Part shown: piece by piece, positions 23,556 to 35,247 of the stretch
Layout: each line of letters opens with the position of its first letter
Position numbering within the stretch: position 1 is the stretch's first letter
NCBI RefSeq assembly: GCF_003334385.1
Contig: NZ_QOWN01000044.1
Length of the DNA stretch: 37,124 nucleotides
Reading direction: 5' to 3' (one strand)
From: Escherichia coli
GTDB lineage: Bacteria > Pseudomonadota > Gammaproteobacteria > Enterobacterales > Enterobacteriaceae
The notes under the pieces: model-generated
The model's database searches: none
What the model was told of the DNA's origin: nothing
The model's input: only the letters and a program-made list of their open reading frames with translations
Position numbers and translations under genes: made by a program

Positions 23556-24431
23556 TTAACCGTTATTATTACGTCCGCCAGAACGACGACCGCCGCTCAC
23601 CTGACTGTGACGTTTCACCGCACGACGAATCTGATTCGCCTTCATGCGACGACGGTCTTTTTCTACAGCGACTTTAGAGCTGGTTTCTGGCGGTAGCTCC
23701 ACCAGTTCGCGCAGATAGTTAGTCTGGGCGAGGTCCAGCTCCGTCCAGCCACCGCGTGGCAGACCTTTTGGCAGTGGGATATCACCGTAACGAACACGGA
23801 TCAGGCGGCTCACCTGCACACCAACCGCTTCCCACAGACGACGAACTTCACGGTTACGGCCTTCGGTCAGAGTCACGTTGTACCACTGGTTGATCCCTTC
23901 GCCGCCGCTGAACTTGATGGTTTTAAAAGCTGCCGGACCATCTTCCAACTGCACGCCACGACTCAAATCACGCAGTTTCGCGTCGTCAACCTGACCAAAT
24001 ACACGCACGGCATATTCACGTTCAACTTCACGGCTTGGGTGCATTAAACGGTTTGCCAGTTCACCATCGGTGGTGAACAGCAGCAGACCACAGGTATTAA
24101 CGTCCAAGCGACCCACGGCAATCCAGCGTGCGCCACGCAGTTTTGGCAGACGGTCAAACACCGTTGGACGTCCTTCCGGATCGTTACGGGTACACAACTC
24201 ACCTTCCGGTTTGTAATAGGCCAGAACGCGACAAATTTGTTCAGCGGACTCACGTACCGAAATCAGGTGACCATCGATACGGATTTTCAATCCAGGGGTA
24301 ACTTCAACACGATCGCCGAGTTTAGCAATTTTGCCATCAACACTCACACGACCGGCTTCAATAATAGATTCGATTTCACGGCGAGAACCGTGGCCGGCAC
24401 GCGCCAGCACTTTCTGTAGCTTTTCGCTCAT
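23556..24431 (-). CDS. rluB: 23S rRNA pseudouridine(2605) synthase RluB
   Basis: 291 aa; N-terminal S4 RNA-binding domain, RsuA/RluB-type catalytic domain, and an Arg/Gly-rich C-terminal tail. Confidence 0.93.
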
Positions 24432-24641
24432 AGAGCTTCCTTTTGGTGTCGCCTTCCCAGGCGTCTGATATGCTTTTGTGCAACAGTGAGTCAGAACTTA
24501 CATCTGACTCACTGATAGTAAAGTCTGTTTGAACTCTTCAGGCCTTAAGTAAACGACTCGACGTTTATCGGCCTGGCTTTGAGGCGCAACATACTACACT
24601 ATCTTTATGGTTAAAGCTTGTTTCGATTAACATCAGCTTAA

Positions 24642-26537
24642 TTACCAGCCACCACCGCCTCCGCCACCCGCGCCGCCGCCAGCACCACCACCGGAATAAC
24701 TTCGCCCCAACAAACTGGTATTGGCCCCGCAACTTAGGTGCGTCTGTAATGAGAATAAAACGCCGTTACGGGCAATCTCTGGAGCGCGAATCGCCGAAGA
24801 AAGCGAAGGGGCAATGCGTAACGCCCATTCCCTCCCCAAATTTGCCGATATAGCCCAACCTAGCAACGCGTAATCCAGTTTCCGTGTTTCCCCTTTCCGC
24901 CGACGTCCACTGTGTGTTGCTGCCTCTTTACGCGCAAGATAGTTAACGATAGCTTCACCGTGGGCATAACGTTGCTGTCCAGTTTGGGTAAACTTTGGCA
25001 GAAAAATATACCCCATGCCAGTGAGATAACCGGTCAGGCAAACAGCGGTAAAATAACCCGCTGGCATATACCAGTAAAAGAATACATCTCCGACATTGAT
25101 GTAGAGAGAATAGAAGGCCACGCCTGAACAAATCAGTGGTAAAAACAAAGTGATGATTACACGATTAACGCAAGGCTTGTCATCATCGCGGGCAAACAAA
25201 AGCTCAAGGGAACAAAATAAAAAAGGAATAATCCAGCAGATCATAATAAACATATCGCCCACCAGACTCATTCCTGCCCAGCCTACAGGACTCAAGTTAC
25301 CGTAAAGAATGACCGCCAATATTGCCAGTCCACCCCATTGCAAAAAAGTATCAGACCGGTAAAACGAAGACTTTTTACGCGGCAGATAAAATTTCTGCAT
25401 CCGTAAAAATGCCCTGCGTAAGACTCTGTTGCGTCTCCCCGTAAGAACGACCTTATCGCCTTTACGAAATAACGCTTCCAGTAATAACTGCTCTGCGGGC
25501 AGTAATACCGCATTATTTCTGGTCGCGCCTTCATTAACACGAATCAGGATTTGCTGGTTCTTGTCAGACTGATCTTCCAGATGAATTTTTCCTTTCACAA
25601 TCAGATTTACGATATCGGCACAAAAACCTTTATCGTCGTAAACTAGCTTCGCATCGAGACGTAACATGCCGGGCGTGTAATCTGGCGGAATGACATCGGT
25701 TTCAATCACATCTACCGGCGTAAATTGCGGCCTGCGCTTCCAGAGATATAACCATCCACAAACCAGGAACAGACACGGAAACCAAATTAACAACGATGAC
25801 GTGGAGGGTAAAAGAAGATGGCTGAAAATATTCGTCGTTTGCGGAGCCGAGGCATTGCTAAGTAAAGCGTGAGGCCAGCGGTAGAGGACCGTGAAATCTT
25901 CACGATAAAACGGATCGCGGGATTCAATTCTTCCGTCCTCAAGGATGCGGCCATTACGATATGTGTCGCCCTCTTCTCCGGTAAAGAGATCGATTTCGCT
26001 AAATGGATTACCCGCAATATTAGAGAACTGGAGAGAAAAACGGGTCTTATAAATTTCAAACGGCCAGTGGTTACCGGTCACGTTCCAGATTAGCAGATCA
26101 GAATCCCCCTCACGCAGGAAAGCATTTTTAACCTGATAATGAATTTGATAATGATAGTCGCCTTGAGGCAAGAAACGTTGTTTATCGCCCACGACAATAC
26201 TCATTAACCCGATATGCCAGTCAAGATGCCAGGGTTCAGGAATACCATCACGGGTGACGCCAACAATATGATAGTTCAGCAGTGCAGCGTCCCCATCAGG
26301 CTGCATCCATAGTCGTGGTAAATCACGATAAAAGCCGTGCTTAATCTGCTGATTTCGCGCCTGAAAATGAATATTTTCTTTGATGTCGAGCACCCCATCT
26401 GGTTGCAGAGTGGCTTCAACATCAAAGAGCGAGATCCCTTCTTCATAAGAAGGGATCTCCGTGTTTTCTGCATAACTTAGAGATGATACAAACAGCCCTG
26501 CTATCAACAGCAAAATGCAGCGAAACTTCCCTGCCAT
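24642..26537 (-). CDS. yciQ: DUF2207-family membrane protein YciQ
   Basis: 631 aa; N-terminal signal/transmembrane segment, several central transmembrane helices, and a Gly-rich C-terminal tail. Confidence 0.88.
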   Translation of the reverse strand: MAGKFRCILLLIAGLFVSSLSYAENTEIPSYEEGISLFDVEATLQPDGVLDIKENIHFQARNQQIKHGFYRDLPRLWMQPDGDAALLNYHIVGVTRDGIPEPWHLDWHIGLMSIVVGDKQRFLPQGDYHYQIHYQVKNAFLREGDSDLLIWNVTGNHWPFEIYKTRFSLQFSNIAGNPFSEIDLFTGEEGDTYRNGRILEDGRIESRDPFYREDFTVLYRWPHALLSNASAPQTTNIFSHLLLPSTSSLLIWFPCLFLVCGWLYLWKRRPQFTPVDVIETDVIPPDYTPGMLRLDAKLVYDDKGFCADIVNLIVKGKIHLEDQSDKNQQILIRVNEGATRNNAVLLPAEQLLLEALFRKGDKVVLTGRRNRVLRRAFLRMQKFYLPRKKSSFYRSDTFLQWGGLAILAVILYGNLSPVGWAGMSLVGDMFIMICWIIPFLFCSLELLFARDDDKPCVNRVIITLFLPLICSGVAFYSLYINVGDVFFYWYMPAGYFTAVCLTGYLTGMGYIFLPKFTQTGQQRYAHGEAIVNYLARKEAATHSGRRRKGETRKLDYALLGWAISANLGREWALRIAPSLSSAIRAPEIARNGVLFSLQTHLSCGANTSLLGRSYSGGGAGGGAGGGGGGGW

Positions 26538-26564
26538 AGTCTTCCATCCGTGGAACGCAATTTG

Positions 26565-27185
26565 TTATAAGAAAGGCTTCACATCACCTACGCCTTCACG
26601 CACCACGACCGGCGTATCATCGGTAAGATCAATAACCGTTGTCGGTTTCTGCCCGAGATAGCCGCCGTGAATAATCAAATCTACCTGTTTTTCCAGACGA
26701 TCTTTAATTTCTTCCGGGTCCGATTCGGTAAATTCGCTGCCTGGCAGCATTAGCGAAGTGGAAAGCATCGGTTCGCCCAATGCTTCAAGTAACGCCTGAG
26801 CGATAGGGTTAGAAGGCACACGCATACCGATGGTTTTGCGTTTTTCCTGCAACAGACGGCGTGGCACTTCCTTCGTCCCCTTCAGGATGAAGGTATAGTT
26901 GCCCGGCGTGTTGTTTTTCATTAAACGAAACGCAACGTTATCAACAAATGAATAGGTCGAGAGTTCAGAAAGATCGCGACACATCAGGGTAAAGTTGTGA
27001 CCGTCCGGCAGCTGGCGAATACGACAAATACGCTCCATCGCGTTTTTATCTTCAATTTTACAGCCGAGCGCATAGCCGGAATCAGTTGGATAAACAATCA
27101 CCCCGCCTTTACGCACGATCTCCACCGCCTGGTTGATCAGACGTTGCTGTGGGTTATCAGGATGAATATAAAAAAACTGGCTCAT
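26565..27185 (-). CDS. yciO: Sua5/YrdC-family protein YciO
   Basis: ORF track gives 26565..27221. I place the start at the ATG at 27185 (MSQFFYIHPDNPQQ...), giving 206 aa. The start overlaps the trpH stop. Confidence 0.9.
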   Translation of the reverse strand: MSQFFYIHPDNPQQRLINQAVEIVRKGGVIVYPTDSGYALGCKIEDKNAMERICRIRQLPDGHNFTLMCRDLSELSTYSFVDNVAFRLMKNNTPGNYTFILKGTKEVPRRLLQEKRKTIGMRVPSNPIAQALLEALGEPMLSTSLMLPGSEFTESDPEEIKDRLEKQVDLIIHGGYLGQKPTTVIDLTDDTPVVVREGVGDVKPFL

Positions 27186-28063
27186 AATTCCCTCTCTGTG
27201 GTGTTCTGCGGCTGTTCCCATAGCTGCCAGACGCCTTCAACGCCTGCGGGCAGCCAGAGTTTACGACCCAGTTCGATCCACGGGCATGGCTGATGAAAAT
27301 CAGATCCTTGTGATGCCCATAAATGATGCTGACGCGCAAGGGCCGCCAGCTGGGTACGTTCATTGGGCGATTGCTGGCACTGCGCGACTTCCATCGCGTC
27401 ACCGTGGTGTTCGGCAAAATGCGCAACCAATCTTTTCAGCCATTTAGCACTAAGATTGTACCGCCCAGGATGAGCTAGCACCGCCTTACCGCCAGAATGA
27501 TGAATGACATCAATAGCTTGTTCTATTGTACACCACTGTGGCGGAACGTATCCGGTTTTCCCGCGCGCCAGATACTTTTTAAAGACATCCGCCATTGAAC
27601 TGGCTTTGCCGCACTCAACAAGGAAACGCGCAAAATGACCGCGCGTCACTGCGCCGCCCTGCGCCAGTCGTTGTGCGCCTTCCAGCGCCCCAGGTATTTG
27701 CGCTTTTTCAAGTCTTTCGGCAATCAGCTGCGCCCGCTGATTGCGCCGTTCTGTCTGCTGCGCGAGGAACTCACACATTAGCGGATGAGTAATATCAATA
27801 TTCAGCCCGACAATATGAATTTCATGATTTTCCCAGACCGTGGAAATTTCCACGCCGGGAATAAGATTCAACGCCAGTCCCGAACGTGAAATTTCCTCTC
27901 TTGCTGGCGCGATTGCAGCTGTGGTGTCATGGTCGGTGATCGCCAGGGTGCCGACGCGCATCTCGACTGCACGGTGCACCAATGCTTCTGGCGTCAGGCA
28001 GCCATCGGAAGCTGTGGTATGGCTGTGCAGGTCGTAAATCACTGCATAATTCGTGTCGCTCAA
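27182..28063 (-). CDS. trpH: PHP-domain 5'-3' exoribonuclease (RNase AM) TrpH/YciV
   Basis: 293 aa; PHP phosphoesterase motifs (DLHSHTTASDG...HP). Divergent from the trp operon. Confidence 0.92.
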   Translation of the reverse strand: MSDTNYAVIYDLHSHTTASDGCLTPEALVHRAVEMRVGTLAITDHDTTAAIAPAREEISRSGLALNLIPGVEISTVWENHEIHIVGLNIDITHPLMCEFLAQQTERRNQRAQLIAERLEKAQIPGALEGAQRLAQGGAVTRGHFARFLVECGKASSMADVFKKYLARGKTGYVPPQWCTIEQAIDVIHHSGGKAVLAHPGRYNLSAKWLKRLVAHFAEHHGDAMEVAQCQQSPNERTQLAALARQHHLWASQGSDFHQPCPWIELGRKLWLPAGVEGVWQLWEQPQNTTEREL

Positions 28064-28138
28064 GGCGCACTCCCGTTCTGGATAATGTTTTTTGCGCCGA
28101 CATCATAACGGTTCTGGCAAATATTCTGAAATGAGCTG

Positions 28139-28176
28139 TTGACAATTAATCATCAAACTAGTTAACTAGTACGCAA
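28139..28176 (+). promoter_or_regulatory. trp promoter with overlapping TrpR operator
   Basis: -35 TTGACA at 28139-28144, 17-bp spacer, -10 TTAACT at 28162-28167, start near A28175. Operator palindrome ACTAGTTAACTAGT spans the -10. Matches the classical trp promoter except for one base (see findings). Confidence 0.92.
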
Positions 28177-28200
28177 GTTCACGTAAAAAGGGTATCGACA

Positions 28201-28245
28201 ATGAAAGCAATTTTCGTACTGAAAGGTTGGTGGCGCACTTCCTGA
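28201..28245 (+). CDS. trpL: trp operon leader peptide
   Basis: 14-codon [17 protein letters not shown] with tandem Trp codons at 28228-28233; classical attenuation leader. Confidence 0.95.
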
Positions 28246-28287
28246 AACGGGCAGTGTATTCACCATGCGTAAAGCAATCAGATACCC

Positions 28288-28315
28288 AGCCCGCCTAATG
28301 AGCGGGCTTTTTTTT
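28288..28315 (+). terminator. trp attenuator (3:4 terminator hairpin plus U-tract)
   Basis: AGCCCGCC-taat-GAGCGGGCT followed by TTTTTTTT, upstream of trpE. Confidence 0.93.
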
Positions 28316-28336
28316 GAACAAAATTAGAGAATAACA

Positions 28337-29899
28337 ATGCAAACACAAAAACCGACTCTCGAACTGCTAACCTGCGAAGGCGCTTATCGCGACAATCCCA
28401 CCGCGCTTTTTCACCAGTTGTGTGGGGATCGTCCGGCAACGCTGCTGCTGGAATCCGCAGATATCGACAGCAAAGATGATTTAAAAAGCCTGCTGCTGGT
28501 AGACAGTGCGCTGCGCATTACAGCTTTAGGTGACACTGTCACAATCCAGGCACTTTCCGGCAACGGCGAAGCCCTGCTGGCACTACTGGATAACGCCCTG
28601 CCTGCGGGTGTGGAAAGTGAACAATCACCAAACTGCCGTGTGCTGCGCTTCCCCCCTGTCAGTCCACTGCTGGATGAAGACGCCCGCTTATGCTCCCTTT
28701 CGGTTTTTGACGCTTTCCGTTTATTGCAGAATCTGTTGAATGTACCGAAGGAAGAACGAGAAGCCATGTTCTTCGGCGGCCTGTTCTCTTATGACCTTGT
28801 GGCGGGATTTGAAGATTTACCGCAACTGTCAGCGGAAAATAACTGCCCTGATTTCTGTTTTTATCTCGCTGAAACGCTGATGGTGATTGACCATCAGAAA
28901 AAAAGCACCCGTATTCAGGCCAGCCTGTTTGCTCCGAATGAAGAAGAAAAACAACGTCTCACTGCTCGCCTGAACGAACTACGTCAGCAACTGACCGAAG
29001 CCGCGCCGCCGCTGCCAGTGGTTTCCGTGCCGCATATGCGTTGTGAATGTAATCAGAGCGATGAAGAGTTCGGTGGCGTAGTGCGTTTGTTGCAAAAAGC
29101 GATTCGCGCTGGAGAAATTTTCCAGGTGGTGCCATCTCGCCGTTTCTCTCTGCCCTGCCCGTCACCGCTGGCGGCCTATTACGTGCTGAAAAAGAGTAAT
29201 CCCAGCCCGTACATGTTTTTTATGCAGGATAATGATTTCACCCTATTTGGCGCGTCGCCGGAAAGCTCGCTCAAGTATGATGCCACCAGCCGCCAGATTG
29301 AGATCTACCCGATTGCCGGAACACGCCCACGCGGTCGTCGCGCCGATGGTTCACTGGACAGAGATCTCGACAGCCGTATTGAACTGGAAATGCGTACCGA
29401 TCATAAAGAGCTGTCTGAACATCTGATGCTGGTTGATCTCGCCCGTAATGATCTGGCACGCATTTGCACCCCCGGCAGCCGCTACGTCGCCGATCTCACC
29501 AAAGTTGACCGTTATTCCTATGTGATGCACCTCGTCTCTCGCGTAGTCGGCGAACTGCGTCACGATCTTGACGCCCTGCACGCTTATCGCGCCTGTATGA
29601 ATATGGGGACGTTAAGCGGTGCGCCGAAAGTACGCGCTATGCAGTTAATTGCCGAGGCGGAAGGTCGTCGCCGCGGCAGCTACGGCGGCGCGGTAGGTTA
29701 TTTCACCGCGCATGGCGATCTCGACACCTGCATTGTGATCCGCTCGGCGCTGGTGGAAAACGGTATCGCCACCGTGCAAGCGGGTGCTGGTGTAGTCCTT
29801 GATTCTGTTCCGCAGTCGGAAGCCGACGAAACCCGTAACAAAGCCCGCGCTGTACTGCGCGCTATTGCCACCGCGCATCATGCACAGGAGACTTTCTGA
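28337..29899 (+). CDS. trpE: Anthranilate synthase component I
   Basis: 520 aa; chorismate-binding enzyme fold. Stop overlaps the trpD start (TGATG). Confidence 0.97.
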   Translation: MQTQKPTLELLTCEGAYRDNPTALFHQLCGDRPATLLLESADIDSKDDLKSLLLVDSALRITALGDTVTIQALSGNGEALLALLDNALPAGVESEQSPNCRVLRFPPVSPLLDEDARLCSLSVFDAFRLLQNLLNVPKEEREAMFFGGLFSYDLVAGFEDLPQLSAENNCPDFCFYLAETLMVIDHQKKSTRIQASLFAPNEEEKQRLTARLNELRQQLTEAAPPLPVVSVPHMRCECNQSDEEFGGVVRLLQKAIRAGEIFQVVPSRRFSLPCPSPLAAYYVLKKSNPSPYMFFMQDNDFTLFGASPESSLKYDATSRQIEIYPIAGTRPRGRRADGSLDRDLDSRIELEMRTDHKELSEHLMLVDLARNDLARICTPGSRYVADLTKVDRYSYVMHLVSRVVGELRHDLDALHAYRACMNMGTLSGAPKVRAMQLIAEAEGRRRGSYGGAVGYFTAHGDLDTCIVIRSALVENGIATVQAGAGVVLDSVPQSEADETRNKARAVLRAIATAHHAQETF

Positions 29900-31494
29900 T
29901 GGCTGACATTCTGCTGCTCGATAATATCGACTCTTTTACGTACAACCTGGCAGATCAGTTGCGCAGCAATGGGCATAACGTGGTGATTTACCGCAACCAT
30001 ATTCCGGCGCAAACCTTAATTGAACGCCTGGCGACCATGAGCAATCCGGTGCTGATGCTTTCTCCTGGCCCCGGTGTGCCGAGCGAAGCCGGTTGTATGC
30101 CGGAACTCCTCACCCGCTTGCGTGGCAAGCTGCCCATTATTGGCATTTGCCTCGGACATCAGGCGATTGTCGAAGCTTACGGGGGCTATGTCGGTCAGGC
30201 GGGCGAAATTCTCCACGGTAAAGCCTCCAGCATTGAACATGACGGTCAGGCGATGTTTGCCGGATTAACAAACCCGCTGCCGGTGGCGCGTTATCACTCG
30301 CTGGTTGGCAGTAACATTCCGGCCGGTTTAACCATCAACGCCCATTTTAATGGCATGGTGATGGCAGTACGTCACGATGCGGATCGCGTTTGTGGATTCC
30401 AGTTCCATCCGGAATCCATTCTCACCACCCAGGGCGCTCGCCTGCTGGAACAAACGCTGGCCTGGGCGCAGCAGAAACTAGAGCCAGCCAACACGCTGCA
30501 ACCGATTCTGGAAAAACTGTATCAGGCGCAGACGCTTAGCCAACAAGAAAGCCACCAGCTGTTTTCAGCGGTGGTGCGTGGCGAGCTGAAGCCGGAACAA
30601 CTGGCGGCGGCGCTGGTGAGCATGAAAATTCGCGGTGAGCACCCGAACGAGATCGCCGGGGCAGCAACCGCGCTACTGGAAAACGCAGCGCCGTTCCCGC
30701 GCCCGGATTATCTGTTTGCTGATATCGTCGGTACTGGCGGTGACGGCAGCAACAGTATCAATATTTCTACCGCCAGTGCGTTTGTCGCCGCGGCCTGTGG
30801 GCTGAAAGTGGCGAAACACGGCAACCGTAGCGTCTCCAGTAAATCTGGTTCGTCCGATCTGCTGGCGGCGTTCGGTATTAATCTTGATATGAACGCCGAT
30901 AAATCGCGCCAGGCGCTGGATGAGTTAGGTGTATGTTTCCTCTTTGCGCCGAAGTATCACACCGGATTCCGCCACGCGATGCCGGTTCGCCAGCAACTGA
31001 AAACCCGCACCCTGTTCAATGTGCTGGGGCCATTGATTAACCCGGCGCATCCGCCGCTGGCGTTAATTGGTGTTTATAGTCCGGAACTGGTGCTGCCGAT
31101 TGCCGAAACCTTGCGCGTGCTGGGGTATCAACGCGCGGCGGTGGTGCACAGCGGCGGGATGGATGAAGTTTCATTACACGCGCCGACAATCGTTGCCGAA
31201 CTGCATGACGGCGAAATTAAAAGCTATCAGCTCACCGCAGAAGACTTTGGCCTGACACCCTACCACCAGGAGCAACTGGCAGGCGGAACACCGGAAGAAA
31301 ACCGTGACATTTTAACACGTTTGTTACAAGGTAAAGGCGACGCCGCCCATGAAGCAGCCGTCGCTGCGAACGTCGCCATGTTAATGCGCCTGCATGGCCA
31401 TGAAGATCTGCAAGCCAATGCGCAAACCGTTCTTGAGGTACTGCGCAGTGGTTCCGCTTACGACAGAGTCACCGCACTGGCGGCACGAGGGTAA
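29899..31494 (+). CDS. trpD: Bifunctional anthranilate synthase component II (glutamine amidotransferase) / anthranilate phosphoribosyltransferase
   Basis: 531 aa; N-terminal class-I GATase (catalytic GICLGHQ, Cys-His) fused to the phosphoribosyltransferase domain. Confidence 0.97.
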   Translation: MADILLLDNIDSFTYNLADQLRSNGHNVVIYRNHIPAQTLIERLATMSNPVLMLSPGPGVPSEAGCMPELLTRLRGKLPIIGICLGHQAIVEAYGGYVGQAGEILHGKASSIEHDGQAMFAGLTNPLPVARYHSLVGSNIPAGLTINAHFNGMVMAVRHDADRVCGFQFHPESILTTQGARLLEQTLAWAQQKLEPANTLQPILEKLYQAQTLSQQESHQLFSAVVRGELKPEQLAAALVSMKIRGEHPNEIAGAATALLENAAPFPRPDYLFADIVGTGGDGSNSINISTASAFVAAACGLKVAKHGNRSVSSKSGSSDLLAAFGINLDMNADKSRQALDELGVCFLFAPKYHTGFRHAMPVRQQLKTRTLFNVLGPLINPAHPPLALIGVYSPELVLPIAETLRVLGYQRAAVVHSGGMDEVSLHAPTIVAELHDGEIKSYQLTAEDFGLTPYHQEQLAGGTPEENRDILTRLLQGKGDAAHEAAVAANVAMLMRLHGHEDLQANAQTVLEVLRSGSAYDRVTALAARG

Positions 31495-32856
31495 ATGATG
31501 CAAACCGTTTTAGCGAAAATCGTCGCAGACAAGGCGATTTGGGTAGAAGCCCGCAAACAGCAGCAACCGCTGGCCAGTTTTCAGAATGAGGTTCAGCCGA
31601 GCACGCGACATTTTTATGATGCGCTACAGGGTGCGCGCACGGCGTTTATTCTGGAGTGCAAGAAAGCGTCGCCGTCAAAAGGCGTGATCCGTGATGATTT
31701 CGATCCAGCACGCATTGCCGCCATTTATAAACATTACGCTTCGGCAATTTCGGTGCTGACTGATGAGAAATATTTTCAGGGGAGCTTTAATTTCCTCCCC
31801 ATCGTCAGCCAAATCGCCCCGCAGCCGATTTTATGTAAAGACTTCATTATCGACCCTTACCAGATCTATCTGGCGCGCTATTACCAGGCCGATGCCTGCT
31901 TATTAATGCTTTCAGTACTGGATGACGACCAATATCGCCAGCTTGCCGCCGTCGCTCACAGTCTGGAGATGGGGGTGCTGACCGAAGTCAGTAATGAAGA
32001 GGAACAGGAGCGCGCCATTGCATTGGGAGCAAAGGTCGTTGGCATCAACAACCGCGATCTGCGTGATTTGTCGATTGATCTCAACCGTACCCGCGAGCTT
32101 GCGCCGAAACTGGGGCACAACGTGACGGTAATCAGCGAATCCGGCATCAATACTTACGCTCAGGTGCGCGAGTTAAGCCACTTCGCTAACGGTTTTCTGA
32201 TTGGTTCGGCGTTGATGGCCCATGACGATTTGCACGCCGCCGTGCGCCGGGTGTTGCTGGGTGAGAATAAAGTATGTGGCCTGACGCGTGGGCAAGATGC
32301 TAAAGCAGCTTATGACGCGGGCGCGATTTACGGTGGGTTGATTTTTGTTGCGACATCACCGCGTTGCGTCAACGTTGAACAGGCGCAGGAAGTGATGGCT
32401 GCGGCACCGTTGCAGTATGTTGGCGTGTTCCGCAATCACGATATTGCCGATGTGGTGGACAAAGCTAAGGTGTTATCGCTGGCGGCAGTGCAACTGCATG
32501 GTAATGAAGAACAGCTGTATATCGATACGCTGCGTGAAGCTCTGCCAGCACATGTTGCCATCTGGAAAGCATTAAGCGTCGGTGAAACCCTGCCCGCCCG
32601 CGAGTTTCAGCACGTTGATAAATATGTTTTAGACAACGGCCAGGGTGGAAGCGGGCAACGTTTTGACTGGTCACTATTAAATGGTCAATCGCTTGGCAAC
32701 GTTCTGCTGGCGGGGGGCTTAGGCGCAGATAACTGCGTGGAAGCGGCACAAACCGGCTGCGCCGGACTTGATTTTAATTCTGCTGTAGAGTCGCAACCGG
32801 GCATCAAAGACGCACGTCTTTTGGCCTCGGTTTTCCAGACGCTGCGCGCATATTAA
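31495..32856 (+). CDS. trpC: Bifunctional indole-3-glycerol-phosphate synthase / phosphoribosylanthranilate isomerase
   Basis: 453 aa from the first of two tandem ATGs directly after the trpD stop (TAAATGATG); two TIM-barrel domains. Confidence 0.96.
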
Positions 32857-32867
32857 GGAAAGGAACA

Positions 32868-34061
32868 ATGACAACATTACTTAACCCCTATTTTGGTGAG
32901 TTTGGCGGCATGTACGTGCCACAAATCCTGATGCCTGCTCTGCGCCAGCTGGAAGAAGCTTTTGTCAGTGCGCAAAAAGATCCTGAATTTCAGGCTCAGT
33001 TCAACGACCTGCTGAAAAACTATGCCGGGCGTCCAACCGCGCTGACCAAATGCCAGAACATTACAGCCGGGACGAACACCACGCTGTATCTCAAGCGTGA
33101 AGATTTGCTGCACGGCGGCGCGCATAAAACTAACCAGGTGCTGGGGCAGGCGTTGCTGGCGAAGCGGATGGGTAAAACCGAAATCATCGCCGAAACCGGT
33201 GCCGGTCAGCATGGCGTGGCGTCGGCCCTTGCCAGCGCCCTGCTCGGCCTGAAATGCCGTATTTATATGGGTGCCAAAGACGTTGAACGCCAGTCGCCTA
33301 ACGTTTTTCGTATGCGCTTAATGGGTGCGGAAGTGATCCCGGTGCATAGCGGTTCCGCGACGCTGAAAGATGCCTGTAACGAGGCGCTGCGCGACTGGTC
33401 CGGTAGTTACGAAACCGCGCACTATATGCTGGGCACCGCAGCTGGCCCGCATCCTTATCCGACCATTGTGCGTGAGTTTCAGCGGATGATTGGCGAAGAA
33501 ACCAAAGCGCAGATTCTGGAAAGAGAAGGTCGCCTGCCGGATGCCGTTATCGCCTGTGTTGGCGGCGGTTCGAATGCCATCGGCATGTTTGCTGATTTCA
33601 TCAATGAAACCAACGTCGGCCTGATTGGTGTGGAGCCAGGTGGTCACGGTATCGAAACTGGCGAGCACGGCGCACCGCTAAAACATGGTCGCGTGGGTAT
33701 CTATTTCGGTATGAAAGCGCCGATGATGCAAACCGAAGACGGGCAGATTGAAGAATCTTACTCCATCTCCGCCGGACTGGATTTCCCGTCTGTCGGCCCA
33801 CAACACGCGTATCTTAACAGCACTGGACGCGCTGATTACGTGTCTATTACCGATGATGAAGCCCTTGAAGCCTTCAAAACGCTGTGCCTGCACGAAGGGA
33901 TCATCCCGGCGCTGGAATCCTCCCACGCCCTGGCCCATGCGTTGAAAATGATGCGCGAAAACCCGGATAAAGAGCAGCTACTGGTGGTTAACCTTTCCGG
34001 TCGCGGCGATAAAGACATCTTCACCGTTCACGATATTTTGAAAGCACGAGGGGAAATCTGA
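32868..34061 (+). CDS. trpB: Tryptophan synthase beta chain
   Basis: 397 aa; PLP-binding Lys in [18 protein letters not shown] upstream of the ATG. Confidence 0.97.
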
Positions 34062-34867
34062 TGGAACGCTACGAATCTCTGTTTGCCCAGTTGAAGGAGC
34101 GCAAAGAAGGCGCATTCGTTCCTTTCGTCACGCTCGGTGATCCGGGCATTGAGCAGTCATTGAAAATTATCGATACGCTAATTGAAGCCGGTGCTGACGC
34201 GCTGGAGTTAGGTATCCCCTTCTCCGACCCACTGGCGGATGGCCCGACGATTCAAAACGCCACTCTGCGCGCCTTTGCGGCAGGTGTGACTCCGGCACAA
34301 TGTTTTGAAATGCTGGCACTGATTCGCCAGAAACACCCGACCATTCCCATTGGCCTGTTGATGTATGCCAATCTGGTGTTTAACAAAGGCATTGATGAGT
34401 TTTATGCCCAGTGCGAAAAAGTCGGCGTCGATTCGGTGCTGGTTGCCGATGTGCCAGTTGAAGAGTCCGCGCCCTTCCGCCAGGCCGCGTTGCGTCATAA
34501 TGTCGCACCTATCTTCATCTGCCCGCCAAATGCCGATGACGACCTGCTGCGCCAGATAGCCTCTTACGGTCGTGGTTACACCTATTTGCTGTCACGAGCA
34601 GGCGTGACCGGCGCAGAAAACCGCGCCGCGTTACCCCTCAATCATCTGGTTGCGAAGCTGAAAGAGTACAACGCTGCACCTCCATTGCAGGGATTTGGTA
34701 TTTCCGCCCCGGATCAGGTAAAAGCAGCGATTGATGCAGGAGCTGCGGGCGCGATTTCTGGTTCGGCCATTGTTAAAATCATCGAGCAACATATTAATGA
34801 GCCAGAGAAAATGCTGGCGGCACTGAAAGTTTTTGTACAACCGATGAAAGCGGCGACGCGCAGTTAA
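34061..34867 (+). CDS. trpA: Tryptophan synthase alpha chain
   Basis: 268 aa; start overlaps the trpB stop (TGATG); TIM-barrel alpha subunit. Confidence 0.97.
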
Positions 34868-34872
34868 TCCCA

Positions 34873-34900
34873 CAGCCGCCAGTTCCGCTGGCGGCATTTT
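34873..34900 (+). terminator. trp operon terminator (trp t)
   Basis: AGCCGCCAG-ttccg-CTGGCGGC followed by ATTTT, 6 nt after the trpA stop. Confidence 0.85.
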
Positions 34901-35247
34901 AACTTTCTTTAATGAAGCCGGAAAAATCCTAAATTCATTTAATATTTATCTTTTTACCGTTTCGCTTACCCCGGTCGAACGTCAACTTACGTCATTTTTC
35001 CGCCCAACAGTAATATAATCAAACAAATTAATCCCGCAACATAACACCAGTAAAATCAATAATTTTCTCTAAGTCACTTATTCCTCAGGTAATTGTTAAT
35101 ATATCCAGAATGTTCCTCAAAATATATTTTCCCTCTATCTTCTCGTTGCGCTTAATTTGACTAATTCTCATTAGCGACTAATTTTAATGAGTGTCGACAC
35201 ACAACACTCATATTAATGAAACAATGCAACGCAACGGGAGAAATAAC

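Noticed and set aside
28411-28767. 118-aa minus-strand ORF inside trpE
   Set aside because: Antisense frame in a GC-rich coding region; Ser/Arg-rich low-complexity product.
33318-33668. 116-aa minus-strand ORF inside trpB
   Set aside because: Antisense to trpB; no support.
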